63,201 nt of DNA from Macrostomum lignano. Lineage: Eukaryota. The notes beneath the pieces were generated by a model. The model was not told where the DNA came from. It saw only the letters and a list, made by a program, of their open reading frames with translations, and ran no database searches. This document shows, one piece after another, positions 1 to 12,777 of this stretch. The DNA lies in assembly GCA_002269645.1 (NCBI GenBank), contig NIVC01004042.1, positions 1 through 63,201 on the forward strand, written 5' to 3'. Each line of letters begins with the position of its first letter. Within the stretch, counting starts at the first letter, position 1. The position numbers were made by a program, and so were the translations under genes.

Positions 1-3000
1 GCTGATGATGGCCCAGCCAATGACTGCTGCAGCTTCTGTTGCTGCGACTGCTGCTTCTGCTGTAAGCTGCTATTTACAAGCGAAGAGGCAGACGAGCGTC
101 GGTCAGTTGCGGGCCCGTCGCCGCTAGAGGAGGCGTCGAATAGTCTACTAGCTGACGAGTTCAACTCGTCGTAGTAATCGGCGTCTAGGCTGGTCACGTC
201 GGCCTCGTCGGCGATTTCAGTTGCGACGACAGCGGCAGCGGCTGTGGGACCCTGCAGCCGACGGAAAGCGCTCTGAATCTCAGTTATAGGCACCGAGGAC
301 AGACCCGCTGCGGCGACAGCGGCTGCCGCCTCCGCTAACGCCGCATCTCCGGCGGCGCCTTCGAACACGTCGATTGGCGGATCGACGCCGTCGTAGCGGA
401 AGGCCCACCGACGGGAAGCGACGGTCCGTTCGACGATGCGCTCGGCCGCGTCGCGCAGATACTCGGCGTGCGGCGATTCGTAGGCGCGCAGCCGGTCGGC
501 AGCGGGACTGATGGCCTCCTCGCCGGTGTCCTGCACGCAACAGGAGGGCACCAGGGAAGCGAACTTGTCGGCGGCCCTGGCGTAGGGCTCGTTGTCGCGT
601 AGGCAGCGGCGCTGGCTGAGCATGAGGTGCTGGCAGGGGATGAGGTAGCGATACAGTAGCTGGTAATGCACGTCCTCAATGTGCAGATTAAGCAGAGTCC
701 TGAATAGCGACATGGTGACCACGCCAAGTAGACTGTTGGAGAATTTGATGCGACCAATAAGCGACTCCAATATATTATAATCGTCATAGTAGTCTAGCAA
801 TACGAATCGCACTAGGACTTTAAGCAGGGCCGGCTCAGTGACTCGGCGCAGGAACAGCTCCAGATAGGCCGTCGCAGCGGTCACCTCGTCCATGGAGCTC
901 TGGTGCAGGGCGGCGCCTAGCACAGGTTTAAGGAAGCCCGAATAGATAAAGTGCAACAGCTGATCCCGCACGAGAGGATGCGCCAATTCAACAACAACAT
1001 TACAAAAGTCTAAGGAATTAAGGAACTGAGCCAGGTCCGGGATCCGCTGCCAGTCGGCCGGGGTCAGCTGGCACCAATCGTCCGAGTCAACGGGCAGACG
1101 GCGGGGCAGAGACGAGTACAAGCCGCTGAGGCCGGTGGCCAGCACCGGACAAAAATCCGAGGAGAATGCAATGAACCGGCCAACCTCTTGATTGCGAGCC
1201 GACAGTGCCATGACTAGCAGCAGCGCATCCCTGGCGTGCTGGCCGATGCTGGCCTCGCGGTGCACGTACGGCACTAGCAGGCTGAACACTAGGAACTGCG
1301 AGCCGGCCTCCGCTCGGCCAACTTCTAGACAGGCGTCTAAAAGATTTGGCGAACGATTCAGCACCACGCAGAGCTGGTGCAATATGAGTACAACGCTGCT
1401 CTCCACTGCGCGCGACGAGCCGGCGCTGCAGCAGGATTGTACGAGGCGCAGCAGAGGGCGCAGAATCTGCGGTTTTCGGAGTGCGGAGTGCAAGGCGATC
1501 ATTGTAACCTGATTGTTTAAAAATACGAATTACAACTATTGAAATCATTCAGCTGGGTATCCCATGCACGCATGCACATTGTATGGATAAATTTTATTTC
1601 TTTGTACATTGTAGCAAACTCATTTCGTTACTTTGGGGCTCCTTGTAGTGCAGTTTACTTGTAGTTGCAGTTGCACTTGAAATTGTAGTCTACTTACTAG
1701 TGTGTCACTTATTGCGTAGTTTGATGTGTCACTTATTGCGTAGTTTGATGTGTCACTTATTCTGTAGGTTAATGTGTCACTTATTCTGTAGGTTAATGTG
1801 TCACTTATTCTGTAGGTTAATGTGTCACTTATTCTGTAGGTTAATGTGTCACTTATTGTGTAGTTTAATGTGTCACTTATTGTGTAGTTTAATGTGTCAC
1901 TTATTGTGTAGGTTAATGTGTCACTTATTCTGTAGTTTAATGTGTCACTTATTCTGTAGGTTAATGTGTCACTTATTCTGTAGTTTAATGTATCACTTAT
2001 TCTGTAGTTAAATGTATCACTTATTGTGTAGGTTAATGTGTCACTTATTCTGTAGTTTAATGTGTCACTTATTCTGTAGGTTAATGTGTCACTTATTGTG
2101 TAGGTTAATGTGTCACTTATTCTGTAGTTTAATGTGTCACTTATTCTGTAGGTTAATGTGTCACTTATTCTGTAGTTTAATGTATCACTTATTCTGTAGT
2201 TAAATGTATCACTTATTGTGTAGGTTAATGTGTCACTTATTCTGTAGTTTAATGTGTCACTTATTCTGTAGGTTAATGTGTCACTTATTGTGTAGGTTAA
2301 TGTGTCACTTATTCTGTAGTTTAATGTGTCACTTATTCTGTAGGTTAATGTGTCACTTATTCTGTAGTTTAATGTATCACTTATTCTGTAGTTAAATGTA
2401 TCACTTATTGTGTAGGTTAATGTGTCACTTATTCTGTAGGTTAATGTGTCACTTATTCTGTAGGTTAATGTGTCACTTATTCTGTAGTTTAATGTATCAC
2501 TTATTCTGTAGTTAAATGTATCACTTATTGTGTAGTTTAATGTGTCACTTATCGTGTAGTTTAATGTGTCACTTATTGTGCAGTTTAATTTACCACTTAT
2601 TGCGTAGTTTATATCGTAGGTTTTTTTGCGTAGGTTAATTTTCACCTATTCTATAGCTTAATGGAATACTTTTGTGCCACTTACTGCTATAGCATATTGT
2701 TTAATTCCAAATGAACACTTGATTACAAATTTTGACGACATTTCATGTGAAAATCATATAAATGTTGCTTTAAATCAAAATTAACAGTTCAATTTGAATC
2801 TTAATAATTACAATACTCAGTTCAGATTGACATATGGTACATAGTGGAGGTACTGACGTGTTGTAGAACTTACACAGGTTGATAGCTATTATAATCGATC
2901 TCAGATGTCCAGCTGGGAAAAATTGCACTCAAGCGTGTAGGTCTTACATTCAAATTAGCGCATATAGTCTTATAAGAAAGGGCACGAGAACAGTTACAGG

Positions 3001-4230
3001 CCGAGAAATTTAATAGTACTATCTTACACCGTTTGCTATCAGTTCAGTTTTTAACTATTCAATATTTTTATAACAAACAATCAATAATTGAGCCATTTCA
3101 GCCGAGAAGGCAGTCTTAGCTATCACTAAAGATTTCAAAGCTATTTTTAGAACTAAAATCGATCATTCCAGCTATTCAACCCAGAAAACAGCCAACGCTG
3201 TCTTTATAGTTCTCTATGGTGGAACAAAAATCGATAATTTCAACCTTATCTTCTAAAGAAAATTAGCAGTTAAAATACTGCCTGGAAAACTGCACATTTA
3301 GTTCTGCTCTTCTGCCTTATAATGCGAACATGTGCAGACTACTGACAGTAGAGTGTCTAGAAAGGTGACTGATTTTTTATTTCCCTAACTTAGCTGCAGT
3401 TTTACTACAGCATTAAAAGCAAAAAACAAGTATTTTAACTAAACGTTTTGCAGTGAAGTTTTTTAGCTAACAAAAAGACATGATTTCTAGGATAATAATA
3501 TTTCAGTAGAATAGTTAATTGTTTTTCTTGTATTTATTTTATACGCTAATTCTTGTTTCTTGCACAAAACCGCTTTCCCACATCCCACCCATCTCCCTAG
3601 TGTTAACGCAGGATTTTTGGGAGTATTATGTTTATAGGCAAATAGACCGGTGCCCACAATCTTCCTCTGTCTGGGAGGGTTAAAGGAATAGAACGGACTT
3701 ACCGGCACCCTGCCAACCACAGACTGCCTGCATTGGCCAATCAGCAGTTCGTACTGCTTCAACTGCTCTAGTTTCAGCCGCTCCAGGCACTCGCCCGTGG
3801 CCCGATTCGACCAGGCCAGCAGCAGGTCGAACACGCGCTCCCGTTCAGCGCAGGCCAGAATCTGGCCGGGCTGCTGTCCGGCCGATGCAGCCTCGCCGGC
3901 CGCAGCCGCAGGCGGCCGCTCCTCAATCAGCAGGGACAGCATCTGGTCGACATAGTGCACAACCGGTTCGACATCGTCGCCAGTGATTGCCCGGCCCTGC
4001 GTAGCGTCCATCACCTGGCGCACCTGGTCCCAGTGATTCTCGAACACCTCTAACCGGGTGTCCGGATCGGTGGCCGAGCGACCCCGGCGACTGCGAGTGG
4101 CCGGACTAATGTCCCGGTTGTGGCCGTCCAGTCCAACCCGGTCCGGCAGGAGGCGGGCTTCGATACCTGAGCGGAGCTGCGGCTGACCACCGCCGCTGGC
4201 AGTGTCGGCAGACTGCTGAACATCCGTCAT
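1..4230 (-). CDS. FHIP1: FHF complex subunit FHIP1 / FAM160A (retinoic acid induced 16-like) protein, partial; 3' end lies beyond the left edge
   Basis: Exon 4230-3703 (ATG at 4230, donor GTAAG at 3702) is joined in phase 0 to exon 1508-1 (acceptor AATCAG). The second exon is open to the window edge, so the ORF track missed it. Manual translation gives FENHWDQV, KPQILRPLL, FLVFSLLVPYVHRE, DFCPVLATGLSGLYSSLP, FLNSLDFCN, TAYLELFL and YLIPCQH, which are FAM160A hallmark motifs. Confidence 0.9.
1698..2605. repeat. 24-bp minisatellite (AATGTGTCACTTATTCTGTAGGTT) in the FHIP1 intron
   Basis: Direct reading shows about 37 units with few variants. It explains ORFs 1620..2645, 1700..2011, 2012..2203 and 2204..2395. 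Confidence 0.95.
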
Positions 4231-4526
4231 GACTGCGCAGCCGCCACCACTCAACCTGCTGAGTTAAACAATGTTCTTAACACTGCTTCACCGGCAGTTG
4301 CTTAGTTATAATTTGTTTCAACAGATGGCAGAATTGTTTACACTTTGCATCAATTGTAACATGGGAATAGTTTGTTTGTTTGTTTGCAGGGAGCCTTTGG
4401 GTATAATCTTCATAGCTATCTGATATGTCTAGTCTGCTTACCCTGAGTACGCAATAAGAGATTTTGCTGTAAAAATAAATTTGGGACTTGAGAAAACCTA
4501 CAAATTAACTGCGATCAGCAGTGCAA

Positions 4527-6170
4527 TCAAACACCCAATCAACTAGCGCCAAGTGTGACACCCAATCAGCAAGCGCCAAGTGTAACACCCAATCAACCAG
4601 CACCAAGTGTAACACCCAATCAACCAGCGCCAAGTGTAACACCCAATCAACTAGCGTCAAGTGTGACACCCAATTAACTAGCGCCAAGTGTGACACCCAA
4701 TTAACTAGCACCAAGTGTAACACCCAATCAACTAGCGCCAAGTGTGACACCCAATCAACTAGCGTCAAGTGTAACACCCAATCAACCAGCGCCAAGTGTG
4801 ACACCCAATCAGCAAGCGCCAAGTGTAACACCCAATCAACCAGCACCAAGTGTAACACCCAATCAACTAGCGCCAAGTGTAACACCCAATCAACTAGCGT
4901 CAAGTGTAACACCCAATCAACTAGCGCCAAGTGTGACACCCAATCAGCAAGCGCCAAGTGTAACACCCAATCAACTAGCGCCAAGTGTGACACCCAATCA
5001 ACTAGCGTCAAGTGTAACACCCAATCAACTAGCGCCAAGTGTGACACCCAATCAGCAAGCGCCAAGTGTAACACCCAATCAACTAGCGCCAAGTGTGACA
5101 CCCAATCAACTAGCGCCAAGTGTAACACACAATCAACTAGCGCCAAGTGTAACACCCAATCAACTAGCGCCAAGTGTAACACTCAATCAACTAGCGCCAA
5201 GTGTAACACCCAATCAACTAGCGCCAAGTGTAACACCCAATCAACCAGCGCCAAGTGTGACACCCAATCAACCAGCGCCAAGTGTAACACCCAATCAACT
5301 AGCGCCAAGTGTAACACCCAATCAACTAGCGCCAAGTGTAACACCCAATCAACTAGCGCCAAGTGTGACACCCAATCAGCAAGCGCCAAGTGTAACACCC
5401 AATCAACCAGCACCAAGTGTAACACCCAATCAACCAGCGCCAAGTGTAACACCCAATCAACTAGCGTCAAGTGTGACACCCAATTAACTAGCACCAAGTG
5501 TAACACCCAATCAACTAGCGCCAAGTGTAACACCCAATCAACTAGCGCCAAGTGTAACACCCAATCAACTAGCGCCAAGTGTAACACCCAATCAACTAGC
5601 GCCAAGTGTAACACCCAATCAACTAGCGCCAAGTGTAACACCCAATCAACTAGCGCCAAGTGTAACACTCAATCAACTAGCGCCAAGTGTAACACCCAAT
5701 CAACTAGCGCCAAGTGTAACACCCAATCAACCAGCGCCAAGTGTAACACCCAATCAACCAGCGCCAAGTGTGACACCCAATCAGCAAACGCCAAGTGTGA
5801 CACCCAATCAACTAGCGCCAAGTGTGACACCCAATCAACTAGCGCCAAGTGTAACACTCAATCAACTAGCGCCAAGTGTAACATCCAATCAACTAGCGCC
5901 AAGTGTAACACCCAATCAACCAGCGCCAAGTGTGACACCCAATCAGCAAACGCCAAGTGTGACACCCAATCAACTAGCGCCAAGTGTGACACCCAATCAA
6001 CTAGCACCAAGTGTAACACCCAATCAACTAGCGCCAAGTGTAACACCCAATCAACTAGCGCCAAGTGTAACACCCAATCAACTAGCGCCAAGTGTAACAT
6101 CCAATCAACTAGCGCCAAGTGTGACACCCAATCAACTAGCGCCAAGTGTAACACCCAATCAGCAAGCGCT
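4527..6170. repeat. 27-bp minisatellite (AACACCCAATCAACTAGCGCCAAGTGT), about 60 units
   Basis: Direct reading; it explains the CNTQSTSAK, VTPNQLAPS and LHLALVDWV ORFs. Confidence 0.95.
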
Positions 6171-7080
6171 TAAGCTGTGACATTCTATTGAAACAAACCA
6201 TTGAAATAAAACACAGAAGACAATAACGTTTCCTAATGTGGCCTAACAAACAGTAGTGAAGCACAGTACGATATTATTGTAATCTTCCATACTATAAATT
6301 CTTCTGCAGGCGCAATAAGCGTAGAGAAAAAGATGTTCCAGTGCGCAATACGAAAAGAAAGAAACAAACCGCAAAACAGGTTCGCCCAGTAAACTTAATT
6401 CTATTGTTAACAAAAAATTAAGCTAAAATACAACCACACTACTCTTCACCAGTAACAGACTCCTTCGCTAACGGAAACGACAGTTATAAAGCAATACGTA
6501 TTCTACTACTGAGTTAAAAAAACAGTTTGTTTAGTAAGCTATTATTAATGGATGGACAGGCTTTCAAAAATAATTATTCTTTATTGATAGTTATACAATA
6601 CTTAAAGTAAAATATTATCTAGACATGAAATAACGGTATATGCTGCGCAGTTTCTAATATGAAATGATCGCATGATCGCGTATAGCCTTATCGTAATCTA
6701 TACTAAGAGGGTGGTGCACAGCCACTTCATGTATTCATTTGCGCAAAAACTAAGCAATCCAGGCACTAAAGCATCCCCCACAAAAATAGGAAATCATAAA
6801 TTTTATTCAGTACACTTGCACCGAAGATTCATACACCATTCAGCAGTAAAGACCGTTGGGTCTGCACTGCATCGACTTCAAATGATATTGTGTCCTTTAA
6901 TTTTCGCGCCTCTATCATGTCAACCACAGATAGCTCGTACTAAAATAACCATGTTACTTTATTCAGTATCAACAATTGCGTTTTTGCTGTAATAATACAT
7001 ATTGAAAATTTTAGAAACTGCAATAATCCCCTCTGGCTTTCTATATCAAACCCATTAAATTAGCATCTTCACTGTTTGAA

Positions 7081-7360
7081 GCTGCACCCCAAATCCAGTG
7101 AGTGTGCATAGCAAGAAAGAAAAGGGAGTGGCACCTGACCTGCCCCCAGTCAGTTGATAAACAGCTTGGCTTTCCTCTTGCCCGCTTGCCTGACTTTGCC
7201 CTCTCTCCTTACTGCCTTCTCATTGGCTGAGCCAGATTGGGTCTGCCCCCTAAGCTGAGTTTCGCCCATCTGAATTTCAGCTCTCTCCTTACTGTTCTCT
7301 AATTGGCTGAGCTAGATTGGGGTACATCGAGTTAAATGCTTCTTAACCCCATATGCTCAT
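7081..7360 (-). mobile_element. Dispersed CCAAT-core repeat, copy 1 (family also at 36985-37195 and 60450-60850)
   Basis: The reverse complement contains CAATCTAGCTCAGCCAAT..AGAGAGCAGTAAG and AAGCGGGCAAGAGGAAAGCCAAGCTGTTT, matching the other two loci. Element class not determined. Confidence 0.6.
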
Positions 7361-7809
7361 GAGGCCACAAACCTGACTCCTGAGAGTAAGGAAAGGAAAT
7401 ATTAGCTGTTACATTAAATTTAGGTGACAATGCGCAGACAAACTACTGAAAAAAGAGTAGACGCTCTACTTCTTAAAACTATTCAAAATTGCGAGCGACA
7501 TACACAGAGACTACTATGGCAAATACTCACTCTTGCTATCCTAACTACAATACTATATAAGGATATGCTTCACAAGCAAAAACTTCGGTCTATCAATCTA
7601 TTAATATGAGTTCAAAATCCCCTGCAGACGTGCAATAGACAGTTTAAAAATTACCCCAACTTTCCTCTCTATAAATTCCATATAAACACTATATACTGTT
7701 CCTGCATTGTATTCAAGCTAATAAATTAAACAAAAATGCATCTACTATAAAATAGCTGGGCAAATATTGTATTTGGAACTTCAATAAATAATTGACAGAT
7801 AAGACTGAA

Positions 7810-10800
7810 TCACTTGATTCGCGAATAAACAGACGAGGCGGCGGATTTAGCGGCGCCGCTGTCGGCCATCCATTCGAGCACCTGGCTGTAGTCGGGTGCC
7901 AGATTCAGTTGAGGCCCGTAAGCAACATAGCTAGGCCGGCTGAGCAGCATTCGCTTAGCAAAGTCGCGCAGATGCCTCTCTTCAATTTGTTCAATCTGTT
8001 CAGTCCAGTACTGAGGCGGCTTCCGTTCGCCAGACGACAGAATCTGCCGGCCGACGTCTTCGAAAACAACAGGACGCATTTCCAGATTCATGAGCAGCAT
8101 TGATTGCAGTTGCTTCTTTGCGCGTTGCACCTGATCGTGCGGCAGCCGGTCTGTCATCGCGTGAAGCTCGCGCACTATCACCTGCGGAATATCCACGGCT
8201 TTTTCTCTTTGTTAAGGATTAACTTATATGTACGAGCTAGGTAGTGTACCTGAACGTTTATAAACTAGATTAGCAAGGATTAACACGGAAATTCCAATTC
8301 AGAGTTGGCTTAAAGGCCATTTAGGCAATTTTAACAGAAGAGTTTAGAGGTGGATTACTTAGGTGAATTCCGAGAAGTTTAACAAGACAGTTCAGAGGTG
8401 GGTTTAGGTTAATCCTAAGAAGTTTGACAGTACGAGTAAAGTTCAGAGGTGGGTTTAGGTAAACTCTGAAAAGTTTAACAAGGACATTCCAGAGGTGGGT
8501 TTAGGTGAATTCTGAGAAGTTTAACAAGGACATTCCAGAGGTGGGTTTAGGTGAATTCTGAGAAGTTTAACAAGGACATTCCAGAGGTGGGTTTAAGTAA
8601 ACTCTGAAAAGTTTAACAAGGACATTCCAGAGGTGGGTTTAGATGAATTCTGAGAAGTTTGACAGGACAGTTCAGGCGTGGATTTAAGTTAATCCTGAGA
8701 AGTTTGACAGGACAGTTCAGGGGTGGATTTAAGTTAATCCTGAGAAGTTTGACAGGACAGTTCAGGGGTGGATTTAAGTTAATCCTGAGAAGTTTGACAA
8801 GGACAGTTCAGGGGTGGATTTAAGTTAATCCTGAGAAGTTTGACAAGGACAGTTCAGGGGTGGATTTAAGTTAATCCTGAGAAGTTTGACAGGACAGTTC
8901 AGGGGTGGATTTAAGTTACTCCTGAGAAGTTTGACAAGGACAGCACAGATGTGAATTTAAGAGCTATTTCGAGAAGTTTATGGGTAGAATTTTTTTATTG
9001 CCATTGGGAGAAGTTTATCAGGGCAATTTAGCAGTAGTACTGATGCAATTCTCAGAGTAAAGTTAATCCTCACCTTGCACAGATCGCGGCACTGCTGAGG
9101 CGGAGCGCTAGCCTGAATAGCAAACAGTCCGGAATCGGCGTAGGCCTGGTTGCTAGCCTGAGCGCTATTCACCCAATAGTGCCGGTTCAGCACCCTGGTG
9201 AACAGTCGGGTGTACATGCCTTTGCCCGGTCCGCCGGCGCTGAAGCTGCCGCCGCCGCCCATCATCATGTTGAGTACGCAGGAGGCGACAAAGCCTTCGT
9301 CGGATAGTGAGCAGGACTCCAAGCCCAGGCCAATGTGTATTAGCTCTGGCAATTGAAGCGCTGCGTGCATCTGAGAATGAGCCTTTTCAACTCGGGCCTC
9401 GCCACCGGTGTACTGAGCTACGGAATTGTCCGGCTGCTGAGCGGCAGCGCCCGCGGAGCCGGCCAGCCAGTCGGGCTGATCGGCAAAGTAACTCTCCGCT
9501 GCCTGCATTAGCGGCTGATGCGGTACGCCAATTCCGCATAGGATCATGCGCTCCGGCCGGTAATAAGTAGCTAAATAGCGTAACACCTCAGATCGATCGA
9601 TTGAGTCAACATTGTCTAATGGGCAGAACTTGGGAAAGCCCAGCGTGTTGGCCTGATAGGCGGCGCTGTACAACAGGTCGGTCAGTATGGGCTCGGGGCT
9701 GGCGCTCATCTCCATGGCCTCCCAATCGAAGCGGACCTTTTTGAGAATTTATTAGAAAAAATCATCGGCTGGACTGTACATTGCGAGCATAAAATAGCGA
9801 GACGATAGACACAGGAAGGGATAGGTAGCAATAGCAAGCTGCTGATAGACACGGAAAGGGACAGGTAGCAATAGCAAGCTGCTGATAGACACGGGAAGGG
9901 ACAGGTAGCAATAGCAAGCTGCTGATAGACACGGGAAGGGACAGGTAGCAATAGCAAGCTGCTGATAGACACGGGAAGGGACAGGTAGCAATAGCAAGCT
10001 GCTGATAGACACGGGAAGGGACAGGTAGCAATAGCAAGCTGCTGATAGACACGGGAAGGGACAGGTAGCAATAGCAAGCTGCTGATAGACACGGGAAGGG
10101 ACAGGTAGCAATAGCAAGCTGCTGATAGACACGGGAAGGGACAGGTAGCAATAGCAAGCTGCTGATAGACACGGGAAGGGACAGGTAGCAATAGCAAGCT
10201 GCTGATAGACACGGGAAGGGACAGGTAGCAATAGCAAGCTGCTGATAGACACGGGAAGGGACAGGTAGCAATAGCAAGCTGCTGATAGACACGGGAAGGG
10301 ACAGGTAGCAATAGCAAGCTGCTGATAGACACGGGAAGGGACAGGTAGCAATAGCAAGCTGCTGATAGACACGGAAAGGGACAGGTAGCAATAGCAAGCT
10401 GCTGATAGACACGGGAAGGGACAGGTAGCAGTAGCAAGGCACGGATAAGATTTCACTAATAATTTTCTACTAGATCGAGGATCACCTTTTCTCTGGCGGC
10501 CACCACCTCGTCGGAGTCGTAGCGGGCCCGGTAGACCACCTGGGCCAGGGCGGAGACCAGCCGGTCCAGGTGCAGAGGATTAGCGCTCATAGCGTAAATA
10601 GTAGCGTCCTTGCTGCTCTGCGTATCGAATATGCCGCCGCATTGTTCGATTTCGCTCAATAAATGCTCGCGATTCGGGTAGGCGCGAGTTGAACCGAACG
10701 ACATCTTCTCAACTAGATGGGACACGCCTTTGGTAAAGCCGGCCTGCGGTTAAGGATAAGGACAGTGTCCGGGTCGTGCTTAAGTTTTAGAAAAAGAACA

Positions 10801-11215
10801 CATGCACAAGAAGTATAACAGCAAGTCTGCACTATTCAATAATAAAACTTGTACACACCTGAAACCTAGGCCCGGCTTTGATGACAACTCCAACTGTACA
10901 TCCAGTACCTATACGATCCATAGAAGCCACTGTGAGCCCATTGGACAACCGACCAATTAGAACGTTTTCGTTGTCCTTGGCGTACGCGGCAGCCGGTTTG
11001 GCCTGTTCGGCCATTGACTGCCAGTTGAAGCCTTCTGGCTGCACAGTCAGTGGAGTGTGCAGCAGAGGCGACTGGCGCCGATGAGAGTCGGACACAACCG
11101 TCGGCCGACCGGACGCGGTGGCGCTGGCCACGCTAGCCGAAGCTGGCGGGCCCTGCAGAGGCGGCGGCCGGCCACCAGTCAGGGAGGTGATGAAGCGGGT
11201 CAAACGGGACGACAT
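7810..11215 (-). CDS. PMPCA: Mitochondrial-processing peptidase subunit alpha (peptidase M16)
   Basis: Four phase-0 exons with GT-AG boundaries: 11215-10859, 10743-10486, 9736-9074, 8181-7810. Motifs: GVSHLVEKMSFGST, LNMMMGGGGSFSAGGPGKGMYTRL (glycine-rich loop) and RAKKQLQSMLLMNLEMRPVVFEDVGRQIL. The N-terminus is Arg/Ser-rich, like a presequence. Confidence 0.96.
8330..8950. repeat. 45/46-bp tandem repeat in PMPCA intron 3 (two sub-variants)
   Basis: Units TCTGAGAAGTTTAACAAGGACATTCCAGAGGTGGGTTTAGGTGAAT (46 bp) grade into GACAGTTCAGGGGTGGATTTAAGTTAATCCTGAGAAGTTTGACAG (45 bp). Confidence 0.9.
9803..10436. repeat. 40-bp near-perfect minisatellite in PMPCA intron 2
   Basis: Unit GATAGACACGGGAAGGGACAGGTAGCAATAGCAAGCTGCT, about 16 copies; it explains ORFs 9706..10456. 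Confidence 0.95.
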
Positions 11216-11497
11216 GCTGCTACAAATAATAATTCGAGCGGCAGAAATTGTCCATAAATAGATTCAAGATGAAAATTCTAAACTAAGTGGTTCAACAGCG
11301 TGTGCTTTAAATGAGACCGTGGATTATTAAATTCAACTTGCGTATAACTTATGTTAAAATAAAATTCCATTTGAGTGTTTGTACAATAAATTATTGAAGT
11401 TAATCTACGGAAGTCAGTGTACATCGGAGAGGGCATTTGTAGTGGTTGGGTAGGGAGTGAGTTCTTAAACTTATCGTGGGACTGCAAAAAGTCGGCT

Positions 11498-11745
11498 AAT
11501 GTACATTGAGGGACGAGAATTGGGTAAGAGGTGTACATTGATAACGGTTAGACTGGAAACTCGTCTTTAAATTATTTGGGGGCTTATCAGGAGCCAGCTT
11601 AATGTACATTGAGGGACGAGAATTGGGTAAGAGAAGGTGTACATTGATAGTGATAACGGTTTAGACTGGAAATTCGTGCTTAAATTATTGGGGGAGCGTG
11701 GTGTACATTGCGGGGACGAGAATTTTGTATAAGTGTACATGAAAG
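11498..11745. repeat. Degenerate ~100-bp tandem triplication upstream of PMPCA
   Basis: ATGTACATTGAGGGACGAGAATTGGGTAAGAG occurs at about 11499 and 11602, with a degenerate third copy near 11702. Confidence 0.7.
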
Positions 11746-12777
11746 TTCGTGAACTAATAAGACTAAATATTCTATAGTCATGCCGGTAGCTAGTGCAAGC
11801 AACACTGGAGTGAGCCCAAAAAATTAAGAGATAACAAAACGAACCGATATTATATCTTGCCAATGACAATGTTCCATTTATTTATTCAACAGAAACTAAC
11901 TGTTCGGCAATAAAATATTTCATAAACAATGACACTGATCAAGCAAAAGGTTGAATGCGAAAAAAGTTTAACTTTCTGTTTAGAAAACGTAAAGCAACGT
12001 TTTCGATTTGGGAACGAACCTATGCAGTTGACTACAAGATCAAAAGCCAGTAGCAGTTCACTTCAGGGAGAAACTATTAAAAAGCTGAGCGAGAGAAATT
12101 AAGTAACGCTTCGTATTACCAATCTTTTTGACAACCCATAATTGCTTGCTTCTTGTTCTTCTACTGAAGCTTAAGATTCAATAACCCGATATTACAGACA
12201 ATTCAACAATGAAATATGTTTTTTGGCATTTTAGACAAAATATTCTGGTCTAGCCGTTAGCATTCAAAAAACAAGGACTACCTTTCAGTCCCCCCAGACA
12301 CAGCAGGGCAGTCGGGGTGGGGGGGGGACACAGCGCCCCAAAACCCATTCTACTTCGTAATGTACTGTAAATATTTTTGTGTACTTTTGACTATCACCCG
12401 AATGAGTGTGTGCATCAGTTACGTATCTCAGGGGTCAGAAAAGTGGGTGAGCTCAAACAAGCCAGCCGGTGCCTCTCTCTGCTGCCGCAAATCAAAGACA
12501 AGCAGTCATGTCCACTCCGCTGACCCCTGGGCACGCATACGGATACGTATGCAGACGCACCACTCATACAAGGTGTACCTTCTCACCATTGGACGTGTAC
12601 ACTCTCTGTGCCTTGGGGGTTGGCCCTCAAGGGTGTTAATTGCACGACAAGCTCCAGCCCCGAACCTGAGCTACCCAGAACAATGAAACCCATGCATGTA
12701 ACAATTAAGGGTTGTAAAAAAAGTGGGTAAATTAGAATAAGAAGCGTCTCATAGTTAATTACACAATAGAAGGGGAA

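Noticed and set aside
280-1548. Short Arg/Ala-rich ORFs overlapping GC-rich exons (also at 23709-24929, 26005-26535, 31806-33454 and 54868-55534)
   Set aside because: These are shadow frames of real exons (FHIP1, CFAP57, enolase, SRBD1) caused by GC-rich codon usage.
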